DNA of 63,155 nt, the filler included, from Choristocarpus tenellus KU-1152 (taxonomy: Eukaryota; Protista; Phaeophyceae): NCBI GenBank assembly GCA_964200185.2. It is 9 parts of 9 records of this genome, joined end to end, with 100 filler letters (N's around TTAATTAATTAA, not from the genome) between each part and the next. Parts side by side here need not be neighbours in the genome. Positions count along the whole stretch, not along the records: positions 6,532 to 17,550 come from CAXNAD020002562.1; positions 17,651 to 26,737 come from CAXNAD020003999.1; 7 more parts are not named here. The stretch is one strand, 5' to 3'. Each line of letters starts with the position of its first letter. The stretch's first letter is position 1. This document shows, piece after piece, positions 12,769 through 25,923 of the stretch. The translations under genes were made by a program, and so were the position numbers. The notes under the pieces are model-generated. The model was not told the DNA's origin. It did not search any database and was given only the letters and a program-made list of their open reading frames with translations.

Positions 12769-13026
12769 GAGTCAAAGTATCTTAAAGGGTAGAGCCACGT
12801 CTATTTGGGGGCCAAATCCCAAGGTCGCGATTTTGATGTAATTTTTCCTATCGTGCTAGTTAGGAAGTCTCAATATCCTTGTTTGGACACACCTTTTCAT
12901 AATGTATACGTTTTACCTACACTGAAATGTTTCGGAGTAGGTAAACTGTCATAAATAGCCTGTGGGAAGTCAAGCCCCAAACGGACAAACAGGACAAAAG
13001 TCTTACCCTCTAAGATAATTTCACTC
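12769..13026 (-). mobile_element. MITE family 1 copy
   Basis: Same TIRs and internal sequence; no clear TSD. Confidence 0.9.
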
Positions 13027-13707
13027 AACCTCTGAAACTCATATTTCCCATCTGGTGTGAGGAATGCAATTTTTTTTGTCGATCGAATTCATCAGTTATC
13101 GGAGTGTTGCCAATAGGTTGACTGGATATCTAAACAAGAAAAATATTTTGAACCCCCCAAAGTGGAAAAACACTCATCCATGGATGTTAAAGACCATGAA
13201 TTACGTATCAAATGTTTATTTATGGTTCCTCTAAAATCCACACAGAATAGAGGAGATCCATCAGGCTTTGCAACAATGGTAACAGGGGATGACCATGTAC
13301 TAGATGAGGGTTTTACAATGCCCTATTTTTTCATATCTGTTTCACATTGACGAATAGTGTCGCGTATTTTTGGTGCTGCGCGATACGGTGGTGTCTATGG
13401 ACTGGTTTTGTACCTGGTTGTAGTGGAAACTCCACAGAAGTAGTGGTGCAGCAACCTAATTCTATTTTAGATAATGAAAGTCTGGCTCCAATGTAATCCC
13501 TACGATATGTAACATTGGCAGTACTGTAGCGATTAACTGTTTATGACGTTCCCGAGATGGAGAGGCCAAACAACATCGTCTAGATATACCAACAACCTAG
13601 GGCTAGGATCAATTGTAGAAAGGTTTCAGACATAGGGTTTGGAAGATCCACAGTGCATTTTGGACTCCAGATGGTAACAGGAATTACTAGCAGGTAACAA
13701 ATGTATA

Positions 13708-14690
13708 CCCGAAAGACAAGGTGGGGATTAGCTGGTGCATGCCAGAACAAGGGAATAAGGGATCGATAGTCATAATCATTGAAAGGAATGTAGAATAGTA
13801 GAAGTTAGAACCAAGAAGCCGCCCACATCAGAGCATACAGTAAAATATGTATGGGTAGGATAGCTTGTAGTCTATTAATATATATATATATATATATTGT
13901 GGTTGTTAGCATTATTCACCTACTTTTTTCTCTCTTTTCTTTTTCTTCTTTTCTTTTACTTTGTTTTTATTCTTTATATTCCATTTTTGTTGCCCTCATT
14001 ATCCACCGATTTTTTTTCTTTTCTGTTTCTTTCTCCTTTTTATTTATCTTTTAAGTCATTGCCTGTCTTACACACTAACAGCAGCCTTGAGTATGCTTTG
14101 TGCTAGGGGAACGTAGGACAGGCAATAATCAGATGTCGAGTAGTCCATGAATAAGTAAGTCCATTCCTTGATAGCACTTGTATTTGTAACTGGAAAGATT
14201 GGAACGGAAGATTCATAAATTGTAGGCCTAATCAAAGCGATATACTTTGTAACGTTTGGAGGTGTGTTTCAGATGGAGCAAGAATATACTCGGACTAGGC
14301 CAGATGCAAACTGACTCTGATGGTATTATGTGACTCTTGGGACAGATTATCCCAAGGAAAACAAGGATATTTGTGGATCTATTTTGGGTCTAGTTGGAGT
14401 CATATAAATTATTATGAAAGTATATACTTTTATCTGGTCAGACATATATTGATCTTGACTGTGTCCTACGACTTTTGGGGATCCATTCTCAAAAGAAACT
14501 AGGAGATATGTCGAGCATTGTTGGAAACAACTTATTAATTTGGAACCGGAGTCCCTGTGTTGGAAAAGCAAGTGGCAAATTTGGAACTGGAGTCCCTCTG
14601 TCATTAAATGGCTACTAATAGATACTGCCACAGCACGATCTGGGGTGATGGATATTTATTGTCTTGACCCGTGACAATCACCTGTGGTAA
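13708..14690 (+). repeat. Dispersed ~1-kb non-coding repeat, copy A
   Basis: Collinear with 43951-45528, e.g. CATGCCAGAACAAGGGAATAAG, GATTATCCCAAGGAAAACAA, CCCTGTGTTGGAAA. Confidence 0.8.
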
Positions 14691-14732
14691 CCGCAAAACA
14701 TGTATACCAAGTTCACGTTGGGGGGAATGTAA

Positions 14733-15102
14733 TGTTCGTAGATAGTGCTTCTGATACACTGTAGACACCACTGGTGGATTATGTGGTAGGGTAGTGAGCC
14801 AGTGACAGATATATTATATGTACTGACTCATAGTGTTGATTGGTTGTATCATGTTCAAGATACACTTCCTATACTTAAGTAAATAAGTAATTCATAATAT
14901 ATTAGTGTGGACGATTACAAACCTCACACTATAGAAAGTAATGATGGTAGTTAAGGCTAGAGTCTCACCCACAAGCTCAGTCAGTGGAATCGAGACGACA
15001 AAGGCCCTTGTATTACTAACATTGTTCATCTATATCAAGCTGTTCTTTGTCCTTCATTAAAGCACCATAAAAGCCGCGGGTCCAGTGTGGGATAGTTCAA
15101 CA
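14733..15102 (-). mobile_element. Second copy of the same LTR
   Basis: Reverse complement aligns end to end with 27678-28048. TSD is eroded (TGTAA/TATTA) and there is no adjacent PPT. Confidence 0.82.
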
Positions 15103-15339
15103 TATTACAGGCGAATAGCGCGAGTATTTCTTGTCACGTTCTAACAAACGCAAGCATTATATACGTGTGGGGAACCTTATAAAGAGGATCTCCGATTTGC
15201 TTAAAGTTGCAGAGTAAGATCTGTAACTCGGGAATGTATGCAATGTTTTTCAGATGTATTCCAACATCTATGAACGAGAACAAATAAACGGTAGATGAAA
15301 ATAAAAGAAATAAGAGTGGTACATGAAAAATGCCCCGCC

Positions 15340-17000
15340 TCTTCACTATTCTTGGCTTTGATACCAAGATACACGGTTAATGATTGAGAAAAGTACCTTG
15401 TTCTGCTGGCCTGACGTTCATTAAGCCCGTTGGACCTATTGACGGTCGGAGTATCCTATGAGTCTTGTAAGAGCATCAGCGCCATCTATAGGCCTATGGA
15501 TTGGAGCTATACATCCCGTGGAGATAAGCTTTGGAGCGTGCTGTAACAACATATCTTATACCCTAGCTCGATCGCACAAATCACATTCAGGAGAGCTAAG
15601 TGCTGCTCGTACAGTCTTGGATTCTGGAGGGAGCTCATCTACTAATTTTCAAATAGGTTCATCGCTCGAACAAATCACAAGAGTAATCCCCATGGAAAAC
15701 AGACAAAACAAATCAAACAATGCAACTCTTGTAGAAAAAACAGCAGATAAATCAAAGGAGTGTTTGCGCTGCTGTCAGTCTCCGCTTCTTGTATTCTCGC
15801 CAATCCAGGAAAAATTCCTTTATCACCATCTTGTACCTCCATCCAAACCGGAAATACCTTTCTCAACACCCCCCAGCTCTTGAACTGAGAGGAGATATGC
15901 CCTCTAGTGCTCGGGAGGATGTAAAGGGAGGGAAGTATGCAGTTGGCAACACACACAGCACACAGCGCCACGACTGTCTTGTCCTCATCCTTCATCAAGG
16001 AGAGGATGCTGTAGCCTGGATGCCCTCATCATCATGGAGGGTTGGTCCGTGGTTTCTTCCTCATTCTTGAAAGGGAAAATCAATGCAGATGGTATGAGTT
16101 GCCCTCTTCCTCTACAGGGGAACAAACACGATTAGGGAGGTTTGAAGCGCATGGAATGTGCCGAGTACGTATTACCATCCCGCTCAAAAATAACTCGAAG
16201 GCTCTCCCCATCAAATACGAAATAGGCATCACAAGTCGCCTTGATAGCGACTTCATCAGCCTTACAGGCAGAGGTTGAGGATAGGAAATTGAATTTTAGG
16301 TTGGGGGGAGGAGCGACAGACTCTAGAGTAGCATGTACCCACTCGTCATGACCTACTTTGAATTTAAGGTCGAGCATACTATGTCCCTTGATAGGTGAGG
16401 ATGTACCATTAGCCACTATCATTTTGCGGCCTTCAGGACACGGTATATAATTGTACATGCTAGTCTGATCGTTCATCACAGTTGGATGCCCCCGTATCAC
16501 AGTACCGTCTCTCTAGTTCAGACACTCTCACATTATTGTAACTGGCTACGGCAGCCAACGTAGTATTGAATTTCTTTCCTCCTCTATTTTTCTTTGCTGA
16601 CTACAACCCTGGCCCAGCCAATACTTCTGTCTTTTCAGACGGGGTTGCCCTCCCCTGGTAACAAGCGTACTGCCGGTGTCCTTTTTCCCCACAGTTGGGA
16701 CACAGTCCTTCAAATAATAAACAAGGACCTTCATGCTTTGATCAGTCCATAATTGAGACATCTTTCACGAGTCTTGGTCTCACACCTGGAACGGAATCCT
16801 GTTCAGCCAGAGTTCGCAGGATGACTAGTTGGACTCTGAAAAGACAAGATTGCGCTCCTCTAATGTCCAGTCTGACATCATCTCAATTGGTTTGCACTGG
16901 GCTCGTTCGAGTTTATATAAAGTCAACAAAAGGGATTCATTTCTTTTCCTCGAGAAAAGTGTGTTGCTGAATACACCTCACGTGGGTATACGTGGGTATT
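15340..17000 (-). mobile_element. Degenerate, internally deleted Ty1/Copia element (gag-PR-INT/RT/RH remnants)
   Basis: CCHC knuckle CPNCGEKGHRQYAC (~16661-16702); protease CDTGASN followed by IVANG..IKG..NFLS (16270-16510); RT-start-like KTVRAALSSP (~15590-15630); GYSD and VSW fragments (~15360-15460). Many stops and frameshifts; boundaries approximate. Confidence 0.8.
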
Positions 17001-19828
17001 AAATATTGAAAACTCGTGGACCACATCCTTACCCAGTGCCCGCACAGTACTGTTCTTCCACCACACTGACGACATGTTGTTGTTCCAATCTGCGATATGG
17101 AAGAACGAGGCCAAGATGTGTAAACGTTTCGATTGGTACTCTCCACAACAAGCACTAAAACATAATTGTTGTTGAGTTACTCTCTATCGTGCCATAGGAT
17201 ATGAGGGAGTCATTGCAGTTATGATATTATGTTCTATTGCGAATGATATCAATCAACCTATTACATATTATCGCCAGTCTTTGTCTCATTATCATACCAT
17301 ATAGCCAATACGAACTCGTATCACCAAGACATTTTGGAGCATAAATACACACACATATACCTAGTACTTCAAAGTACGTATATACTTATGCCACAATGCC
17401 AAGAAAGACCGTGAAGAATTCTAACAGCTTATCTCCAGAACTGCCATTAAATAGAACAACTTCGGTCAAAGTATGTGTGTGTGGGGGGGGGGGGGGTCTG
17501 CACTGGGCCGTCCAAATGGGCCCTTGTATAGTGTTGGAAAAGGGTATGAANNNNNNNNNNNNNNNNNNNNNNNNNNNNNNNNNNNNNNNNNNNNTTAATT
17601 AATTAANNNNNNNNNNNNNNNNNNNNNNNNNNNNNNNNNNNNNNNNNNNNGTCAGCATGTATAGGTTGGAATGTGTCTTGCGTGACTGACCATTTGAGGC
17701 GAGAAATCCATGACCCGGCCCTCTCCCCCCGACAATTCCTACTGCCCCCCTCCCTCCCACCTGCAGGTGGCAGAAATGTCAAGGGATGCAAGACGAACAG
17801 GTGCCCCCCAGCGACCAAACAATGGTGTCAATGACTGAAAGTGCTGGTCTGTGGGTATGAATTGACCACTGGACAGCAGGCAGTCAGGGATGTACAGTAG
17901 CAGGGCATTGCTGCACCCTCTGTCCTCTTCTCCGATGCTTCTCTCCTCACTTCTCTGTGGAAGGGGGGGGTGGTGGTCAAGCTCGAAGATAGGTTGGATT
18001 GAATGCTGGTGTAAGGGAAACAGTGTCAAGAGAGAGGGATTGGGGTTTGGGGTTGTGCATCTATCTGTGCACAGATGAGGTTACTCCAAAAAGAAGTTGC
18101 GCCTTTGTTGCTGAGTGTCCTGACGACGCTGATTGTGTTGCATGGGTGCACGCTAGGGGTTTCTGTAGTATGGACATGCGTACAAGATTATAGTACTGGC
18201 CAGGACTTGTATTGTCCAGAGGTGACTGAGCATGCTGCAGTTGTAGTTTGTGTTTTGTTTACTTGAAGCACATGGATACATCCATGTGCATGTTTGTATC
18301 TATTGGTTTATGAGTGAGTGACCACCATGTCCTCTTCCTGTCCATGGTGATGTCTATGGTGGACCCCCCTACGATCGATTACATAAGCTTCTGCTGTCAT
18401 ATTGGTTATTCAGCACTGCCATTTACTGCAATGAGGAGATAAGTCACAGGATTTCCTCTCCCTTCATTGGCTTCCCCACATTTGCCTACTTGGCTGTACT
18501 TCTACACCATGCTAGGCATGATCTGCATGCTGTTGGTCTAGCCCCCCCCCCCCCCCCCCCTGGCTTTTTCCAATCCGTTGTTTTTTTCCCCTTTTCTTTT
18601 TTTTTTTTCCCCCCTTTTTTNNNNNNNNNNCCCCCCACCCGTGATGCTTTTGCCAAGTCTGATGTGTATTACCCTTTTTCTGTATTATTTTACACCCTTA
18701 GATTGCTCAGTGGTGATTGGAGGAAGTCAATGTCATCGTTTGATTGCTCAGATTGGTGTGTACACACACCGTGGAGTCGCTTGTCTCTGTTGCCGTACGA
18801 GCATGTCAAAAATTTAACCCCAACCCTAACCCTAATATCTGTTGGTGATGCGGCGATGTGAGGGATAGACATATGGTGGGAAAAGAGAAAGGTCCTTGTA
18901 CGGAAACATTAAGTGTGTGGGCGTATGTCAAGGGTGAGTGGACTTGGCAAGACAATGGGCATGCATGTGTTTCCTCTGCAATCTGCAGCATGCTGTAAAG
19001 ATAATGTCATCATGTATATATGTTGTAGCACGAACAATATTGTGTTGAAAAAATGTCTGTGTACTTGCCATGAAGTACCTGGCACTATCAAACATCCTTT
19101 TTAGAATTTTTTGGGGTGTGTGGGGGGAGGGATATTCCGTCCCCCTTGGGGTTCGTTTGAACAGAAAACCAGTCCCTCACCTTTTTCTTTTGGTAGAACA
19201 ATAATGTAACCTTTTCTTGTGAAATTGATAAACAATACAACGTTTCATTCTCAACCGTCAGGTGCACAAACATTTCAGCCCAATATCATGGGAAAAAAAG
19301 AATATCACTTCAACTAGAAGACACTGGCTCTATTTTGGAAAATTACCGTTCCAATAGAAAAATCTGTTTGAGCACAGCAAGTGCTGCAAAATACAACACT
19401 ACAATGTGTGAATCGTTTGATTTTGTAGCTGTGTGGTTCGCTCAGGCAAGGGTGGTGAACAGAATCACTGGGCAACACCAACCAGACGGACCAAGATGAA
19501 CTGCAACCAAGAGGACGAATTTAAGGTTGGACAAGTTGAAGACTGCCAGGACTTGCAGGAATTTGTGAGAGTGATGAGAATCTTACAAGAGGGGGATCAC
19601 AAAAATCAAGACACGACAAGAAATATATTATTTGATGTGTGACATCTCTGGTTCAAGAGATGTCCATTACTTGCGGGATTGATCTCTTAAAAGATTCCAC
19701 ACCTCGATTATTTGTAAGACCCTCCACTGGAATGGGGAATTCCCGACAAGAAAACCTCAATCGATACAATGGTATATGGCAAACCTGCTTTCCACAAACA
19801 GCAGTAAATGATCTGGTTTAAGCAATCG

Positions 19829-20320
19829 GATGCTTCCCGAGCTCCTAGCCCTGTGATGTAGGGCTAAAGCTAGGTTGGAGGCATAGCAGGTATAGCATTG
19901 CTGGTAGTCAAATAGTAAATAGAAACACACATTTATGACAACTGTTACTTTTATATGGGTTTCTATGATATTGAATCGACTTTTCATTGGTTTTCCCCTG
20001 ACACATCTGCGAAATGTCAGAGGGGCATAATAATAAAAATAAGAAGTTTCCCAAATTTTCATGCCTCAGAAAATGTAATAGTCAACTCCATTATTATTAT
20101 GCCCTCTGACATTTTGTAGATATGTCAAAGGAAAAACCAATGAAAAACCATTCAAATGTCAGAACAATCCCTGAAAAAGTAACAATTGTGGTAATGTGAA
20201 AGACTTTTTTCTATTTACTATATATTTTACTACCACCTATGCTATATGCTACACCACTGCCTTGCTGTGCTAACCTAGCTCAGTCCTGCATTCTAGGGTG
20301 AGGAGCTAGGAAAGCACCCA
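19829..20320. mobile_element. Foldback element with ~210-230 bp imperfect inverted arms
   Basis: Arm 19829-20037 pairs with arm 20090-20320. The inner motif CCCCTGACACATCTGCAAAATGTCAGAGGGCATAATAAT recurs at ~20516, ~20664 and (reverse) ~21515. Confidence 0.7.
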
Positions 20321-20771
20321 AGAATCTATCGAGTCCCTCCTTGCCCATCTCCCTGGTGTCTCCAGCTTAAAACGTGTGAGACGTCTTGATAGAGCCACTT
20401 GTGTTGTAACAGACACTGCTCAACTCTATCGATATAAAAATGTTTTTCACATTTCTGATATTTTATTTCTTTGTTAGGGCTTATACTGACATGTGTATAG
20501 TTTTCATTTGTTTCCCCCCTGACACATCTGCAAAATGTCAGAAGGCACAATAATATAATGTTCTTACGTTTAGGATATTATATTTCTTTATGTCTAATAA
20601 CGACATAATATGTATAGTTTTCATTTTATTATTATACCCTCTGACATAGTTTTCATTGGATTCCCCCCTGACACATCTGCAAAATGTCAGAGGGCATAAT
20701 AAAAAAATAATATAAATGTTAGTATCAAATCCACAACATTCGGTCATTTCCCTATAGCGTTTGCTATCCAG

Positions 20772-21355
20772 ACTTGCATTTTATGGATGCTGACAAATAT
20801 TTCCAAATTAACCTATTTCTACAAATAAATAATGCGTATAGGGTATTTTCTAAATTCTGTCCGAAAGTGTCAAACATGGGAGGGTCAACTCATATAAGTC
20901 AAACTTAGTGCTTCATACAAATATGGGGGAATTGTAAAAGATTGAAAAACTTACTTAATTTGCAAAAGGTCAAAACCTGGGTACCTCTTGTTTACTTTGG
21001 TTGATGACATTGTGGATCTGTTTTGATCTATTTTAGTGTTGTAATTGAAGTTAACCCGGACTATATTAGGGTTCACAGTTCCTCTATGAGCTAACGTAAA
21101 CGATAGTTTATCCAGTTTTTGGCGTTTTGTGTTTGTTGTAAGAAGGCAGTTTTTTCAATATTTTGCAATTTATCCATATTGATATGGGTGATGTGCTAAA
21201 TTTGAGTTGAGATGGTTGGTTTCCCTATTTTTTATTAACTTTTGACATAAATCCAAAAAATATCCTATACATACACAAATTTATAAAAAAAGACTACATT
21301 CGCGCGTTTTTGTCAGCACCCTTAAAATGCAACTTTGCTCTCGCTTACTTTGACC
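20772..21355. mobile_element. Two degenerate family 3 MITEs in opposite orientation
   Basis: TTGCATTTTATGGATGCTGAC..GGGTACCTCTTGTTTACTTTGG, then a reverse copy ending GTCAGCACCCTTAAAATGCAAC..TTACTTTGACC. Confidence 0.65.
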
Positions 21356-23638
21356 AATGTGAGCGCACGATTCATAACATAATGCTTCTTGTCCTCATCA
21401 CTGTTTAAGGGTATTCCGTCGAACTTACTATTCCTTAAAGAGGCAACTTCCCCTTCAATATTTTTAACGCACAGAAAGCACCAAGAATATTTTACATTGT
21501 CCTATCTATATACATATTATTATGCCCTCTGACATTTTCCAGACGTGTCAGGAGGGAAACAAATGCTATCATAAGAACGACTCTTGTCTCCTGACTCGTC
21601 GCCACCTCTAAGAAACCTGAGAAAGATATCCACATTCTCAGCAGGAAAACGTAGTAAATCGCAGTGTTCTTTGATTTATTTCCTTGTGGTCCTTCAAATC
21701 TAGATAGATGCTGTTTCTGTTAAAAGTGCAAGTCTCACGATTGCCATAAAATGAACTGCTGTTAAGGAAGAGAGACCCTCTTGCGTTCATGTTGAGGATA
21801 TCGGACAGCAGGGATGGGGGTAGTTGCTACTCCACGTACTTTGGAATTCCGAATGAAGTACGGCATTAGTACCCCAGCGTACATGTACTTCTACCAGCAA
21901 GTGTGTACTGTTGGCTCATCCGAGAATCAGGGCGCAACATCCTAAAGTATCACATCTTCTGTCGGTGTACGAGCATGCTGACCACAGTACAGAAGGTGGC
22001 AGTACCTTGCACGTGGTCCCTCTTAGACTTGAGCTTATTTCATTATACCTAGTAGTCCTCACGCTCAACTTGTCCAGCTAAAAGAAGTACTCTTTGCTAG
22101 TGCAGTCTCAGATAATGACGCAACAGTGATGGTGCATCCGCTTCGAACTAACCCTAGAAGAGACTCTTATTTTCCCCTCTCACCACCACACACTTTTGCG
22201 TGTTGGTCACAGTCCCGTTGAAAATTGCATTTCTTCTTCTCTCATCTCAGTGGAATACGATCATTTCCTGCAGGGTTCATAAGCACAATTGCGACAACTG
22301 TATACGCCGTATTGTCAAAATTGTATTGCCAAGCGATGGATAAGAAAAACACCTCGAAGGATGCTTTGCTGCGCTCACTTCTTGCACGGATTTCCTGTGC
22401 CTGTGATCGTGCTCTGGCTGGTTGCACTGAGAGCTTGCAGATATGCCAGCACAGCAGGATTGTTGTACTCCACATACTGCCATACAGTATTTTAGAAAGT
22501 TGTATCAAATTCTGTACACAACTCTACGCACGTGATAAGATAAATGTCGATTTGTGGGAGAAGGTGAGGTGCCTTCTCGACTTCTCTTCAGTGGCAATAT
22601 TGTTATTACTTCTCGATTCACCAACAAATCCAAAAACCAGGGTAGGAAAGGTATTGAGGGAGGTAACAGTCCAACAGCATAAGGTATATTCTCCTCATCC
22701 CTCAAGAAAAACAATGCAAATCATGTGAAAAAGACTACTACTACTACTGCCTGTCACTCTCCCTGAGGTGTGAACTGCTACTTCAAGCGAACACCTGACC
22801 ACTCCCTATTTCTTGCTGGAATTACGTCATGTCCAGGCAATACACAGGTATGCTCATATGATTATTGGTACGACAGATGAGATTGTATGCGACCTAACAT
22901 AACCCCCCCCCCCTCTGACAGACTTCTCTTACTTCCTCAGTCCACCTTCTCAACCACGCCCCTGGAGATACTAGTACAGAGTCTGGACTATGTGGTGGGG
23001 AGACAGCTGCCTTTACAAATTAGTATCAGACTCTTGCCATAACTTCTTGGATAGCACACTATCCCCAGGCAATGACTAACCTTACATGGAAGCAACACTT
23101 GACTGATCACAAACATGGTCAGCCCCATACCACTCACTCTTTTAAAAGTAAGATTAAAAAATATTTCCACTCAGTCCGTTGATACATGCAACACCACCAA
23201 GACAAAGGTGGACTCCAAAGCAAAGGAAATACTGTAGCTGGAAGCACTTAACATTGCACTAGTTTATGCTACTGGTGTTAAATGCGCGAATACTTCCTTA
23301 GTGGGACCTATGATACATAAACTACCCCAAAGGGCAATCTTCACTCCTGCAAAATATTGTGGCCAACATTCACACAACGACATTTGATGGCACGATACTC
23401 TAATACCAGCTACATACCTACCTCACTCGACTCTTCTTTCTCCTCCACTGCCTCATACTGGTACTACACATTCACATGCATTCCTATTCCAGTTTTACTG
23501 ATTCTGCTGCCTGGGAATTTGGCATGCCCAACCAGTGCCGGTAGACTATCACTCACAGCAAGAGCAATTACATTCTCGCCTCCAGCTATGTATTGCACAA
23601 ACAGAAGCACATGCAAATAACAAATCCTCTCTAGGCGT

Positions 23639-25923
23639 TCATTTCATCAGCAGGAGCTGATCCATAAGATTCCAATAATGGAGCTTGTGCTTCCCAATAA
23701 TCTTAACCAGCATGCTCTCCACCTAGGTCGTGTTTGTCACCACCAAGATGTAACAAGAGTATATTTGGAAGAGGGTTGAGTCGGGGTGGGTAGAGAGGGT
23801 CAAAGTCAACCAGTGGAGGGCACGTACGTACAACGATGAGTAAGGCATCCACATGTCTCATGAGGGGGAGGGGGGAGCAACTGTGTTATCATGTGAGCTC
23901 CTTGACTAGATCTGTGTCGAAGGTTGACTCACAATGTGCTGAGTACGAAATATTCAGCACACAGTATATCATGTTCTCACCTTCGTGCTTTGGCAACATT
24001 GAAACTATTGTGGAAGGCCAACGTGGAAGTCCAACGGTTCATCTCTGGCAGGGTTTGCATCCTACTACTGACCTGGACTCCCCTAGTGGCTACTACCATA
24101 GAGGTCTATGCCACCTAGTGGTTCAATTGTTCTTCCTCTCAGGAGTGATGTGGTCTTGATGGACAGTTGCCTATGTCTGGTTACCATTTCCTTGTGCGAA
24201 GTGGGGTCGATGAGAATAGGATTGACTACCTCTGCCCAAGTTTCGAGGTTCTCTCCCTTTCAACTGAGAATGGTCGCTTTATCTATGGCATTTTTGAACA
24301 CTACTGTATTCCACAATAATAAAAAAAAAGAAGCAGCGGAATCATATGAATATCACAAATAAAAAAATATCAACCGTGACAACAATAACAATAGAATGTG
24401 TTGTAGCAAATCCTTTCTAAGATTTGAGAGGCGAGACCTTGAACAACATTAAAAAAAGGCATCATATTGAGCCGATATAATGTGTTCATCGTGCAGCCTT
24501 CCTACCCTTCAAGTCAAGGTATATCATGGAGTAAATAAAGTAAACGAAAGGTACCCATAGGTGCATTTTAAGGGTGCTCACAAGTGTGCAAAGTTCGTCT
24601 TTAGACAAAGAAACGATCTCAAGTCAAACTTACAACTCCATCTATAGAAATGTGGGTAAATATTAAGAAAGATCGAAAAGGTGACAAAAATATAAAACAG
24701 CCAAAACCTGGGTACCTCTCTTTTACTTTGGGTCATTCTTCCATGTCCCCTCAAAACTAAGTGCAACTCCTTTGCTATAGGACCTTGAGCAATAATTGCT
24801 TTCTTACTTCGTTTGGGGGTCAATAATTGTTCAAATAATTTTCCTCTCCTTTCACACTATGTGCTCCACAACCACAACCTCTTGGGTTTTCCCCTTTCCC
24901 TTGACTCAAAAAAGAGCTGGTCGGCTCCCCTCCTATGTCACAAGCCACACACAAGATGTCGCAAAAAACGCCAACACTGTGACTCCCTGATACTTGTCAA
25001 CCCCCCCCCAAGCTCTGAGATGATAATAATAGGACAGGTCCTCCACAAGGGTGTGTGTAGGGTGCATGAGAAAGGGCTGCCACCCCTCTTATTTGGGAAC
25101 TTTGCGTTTCTTCCCAGAAATGGTGTCAAGAATCAGGACCAGCTTGCCCTCTGACAAGTAACACACCAACAGTAGAAGATGAAGCCCTTGCTACAGTTGT
25201 AGTAAAACAGTTTTAATGTCATCGTCGTGCAAGTATTGTGAGATGTCGCGGTCGGGAATATATGAACAGTAATAGGAACAGTAGAGTGGTGACAGTTGCA
25301 TTGTAGAGATTCCAAAATTTGTAATTTTAAAAAAATCTCTAGGCTCATGTGAGGGGGTGGCGGCTGTTCATTTGGGGTCAATTTTTTCATGTCGTGATTT
25401 TTGGGTGATTTGGTTGCATACATCGGATGGATAATGTAAGTGCACGTTTCCTGGTTATGGCCCAAATGGACACCTTGGTGTAGACTCCCCCCCCCCTCCC
25501 AGATACTTTGGGTCCTACCTCGTGATAGCACATGAAAAATATTGTCAGAAGAAGAAAAATAAGCTAGTATGAAGGTCATAGATATAGGTTCCTAGGGGCA
25601 TCATTTACAATTTTCCAAACTTGACTATTTCTACATCAGTCCCAAGTTAATCAAGATCAGAAGATGAGACCTATAGGTTTTCCTGAGTCTCACCCACAGA
25701 GGATTGTGAAGATTGATGGATTGGATAACTTAGTACAAAAACGATGTAGAAAACTTTTAGTAGCTATTGTTTAACTTGCAAGCACCTGGTCATCGTTGTT
25801 TCCATCATACATCACACCGTTGTACTCTGCACGACAATCGCCTTCCTGCATTTTACTCAGGAGCGAAAAGGCTGTCTCGAATCTGTCCTTTCCCAAGCCC
25901 TCGATACATTTCTTCTGCAAGAC
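23639..25923 (-). CDS. Last two exons of a protein with a NEK (NIMA-related kinase)-type C-terminal helical motif
   Basis: Exon 25923-25786 (VLQKKCIEGLGKDRFETAFSLL...NDDQ) and exon 23722-23639 (VESMLVKIIGKHKLHYWNLMDQLLLMK*), GT-AG, phase 0. This resembles the L..LG...F..AY..L / ILG..K..Y..L..QL tail of NEK kinases. The kinase domain is not in this contig. Confidence 0.65.
24528..24734 (+). mobile_element. MITE family 3 copy
   Basis: AAAGTAAACGAAAGGTACCCA ... TGGGTACCTCTCTTTTACTTTGGGTC. Confidence 0.75.
25342..25514 (+). mobile_element. MITE family 2 (~170 bp; ends GGCTCAAAGTATCTG(G)n / (C)nCAGATACTTTGGGTC)
   Basis: Near-complete copy with CTA on both sides (left TIR partly deleted). Related copies or fragments at 6532-6592, 17464-17550, 26838-26944, ~39427-39451, 43487-43508, 48874-48938, 49039-49064 and 61879-62025. 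Confidence 0.8.

Noticed and set aside
14733-17000. LTR at 14733-15102 as the 3' LTR of the adjacent Copia relic
   Set aside because: No polypurine tract next to it and no matching 5' LTR; treated as a separate solo LTR.
21560-22730. Coding-like stretch with overlapping 68-167 aa ORFs
   Set aside because: No recognisable motif or splice pattern; possibly decayed TE but unassignable.
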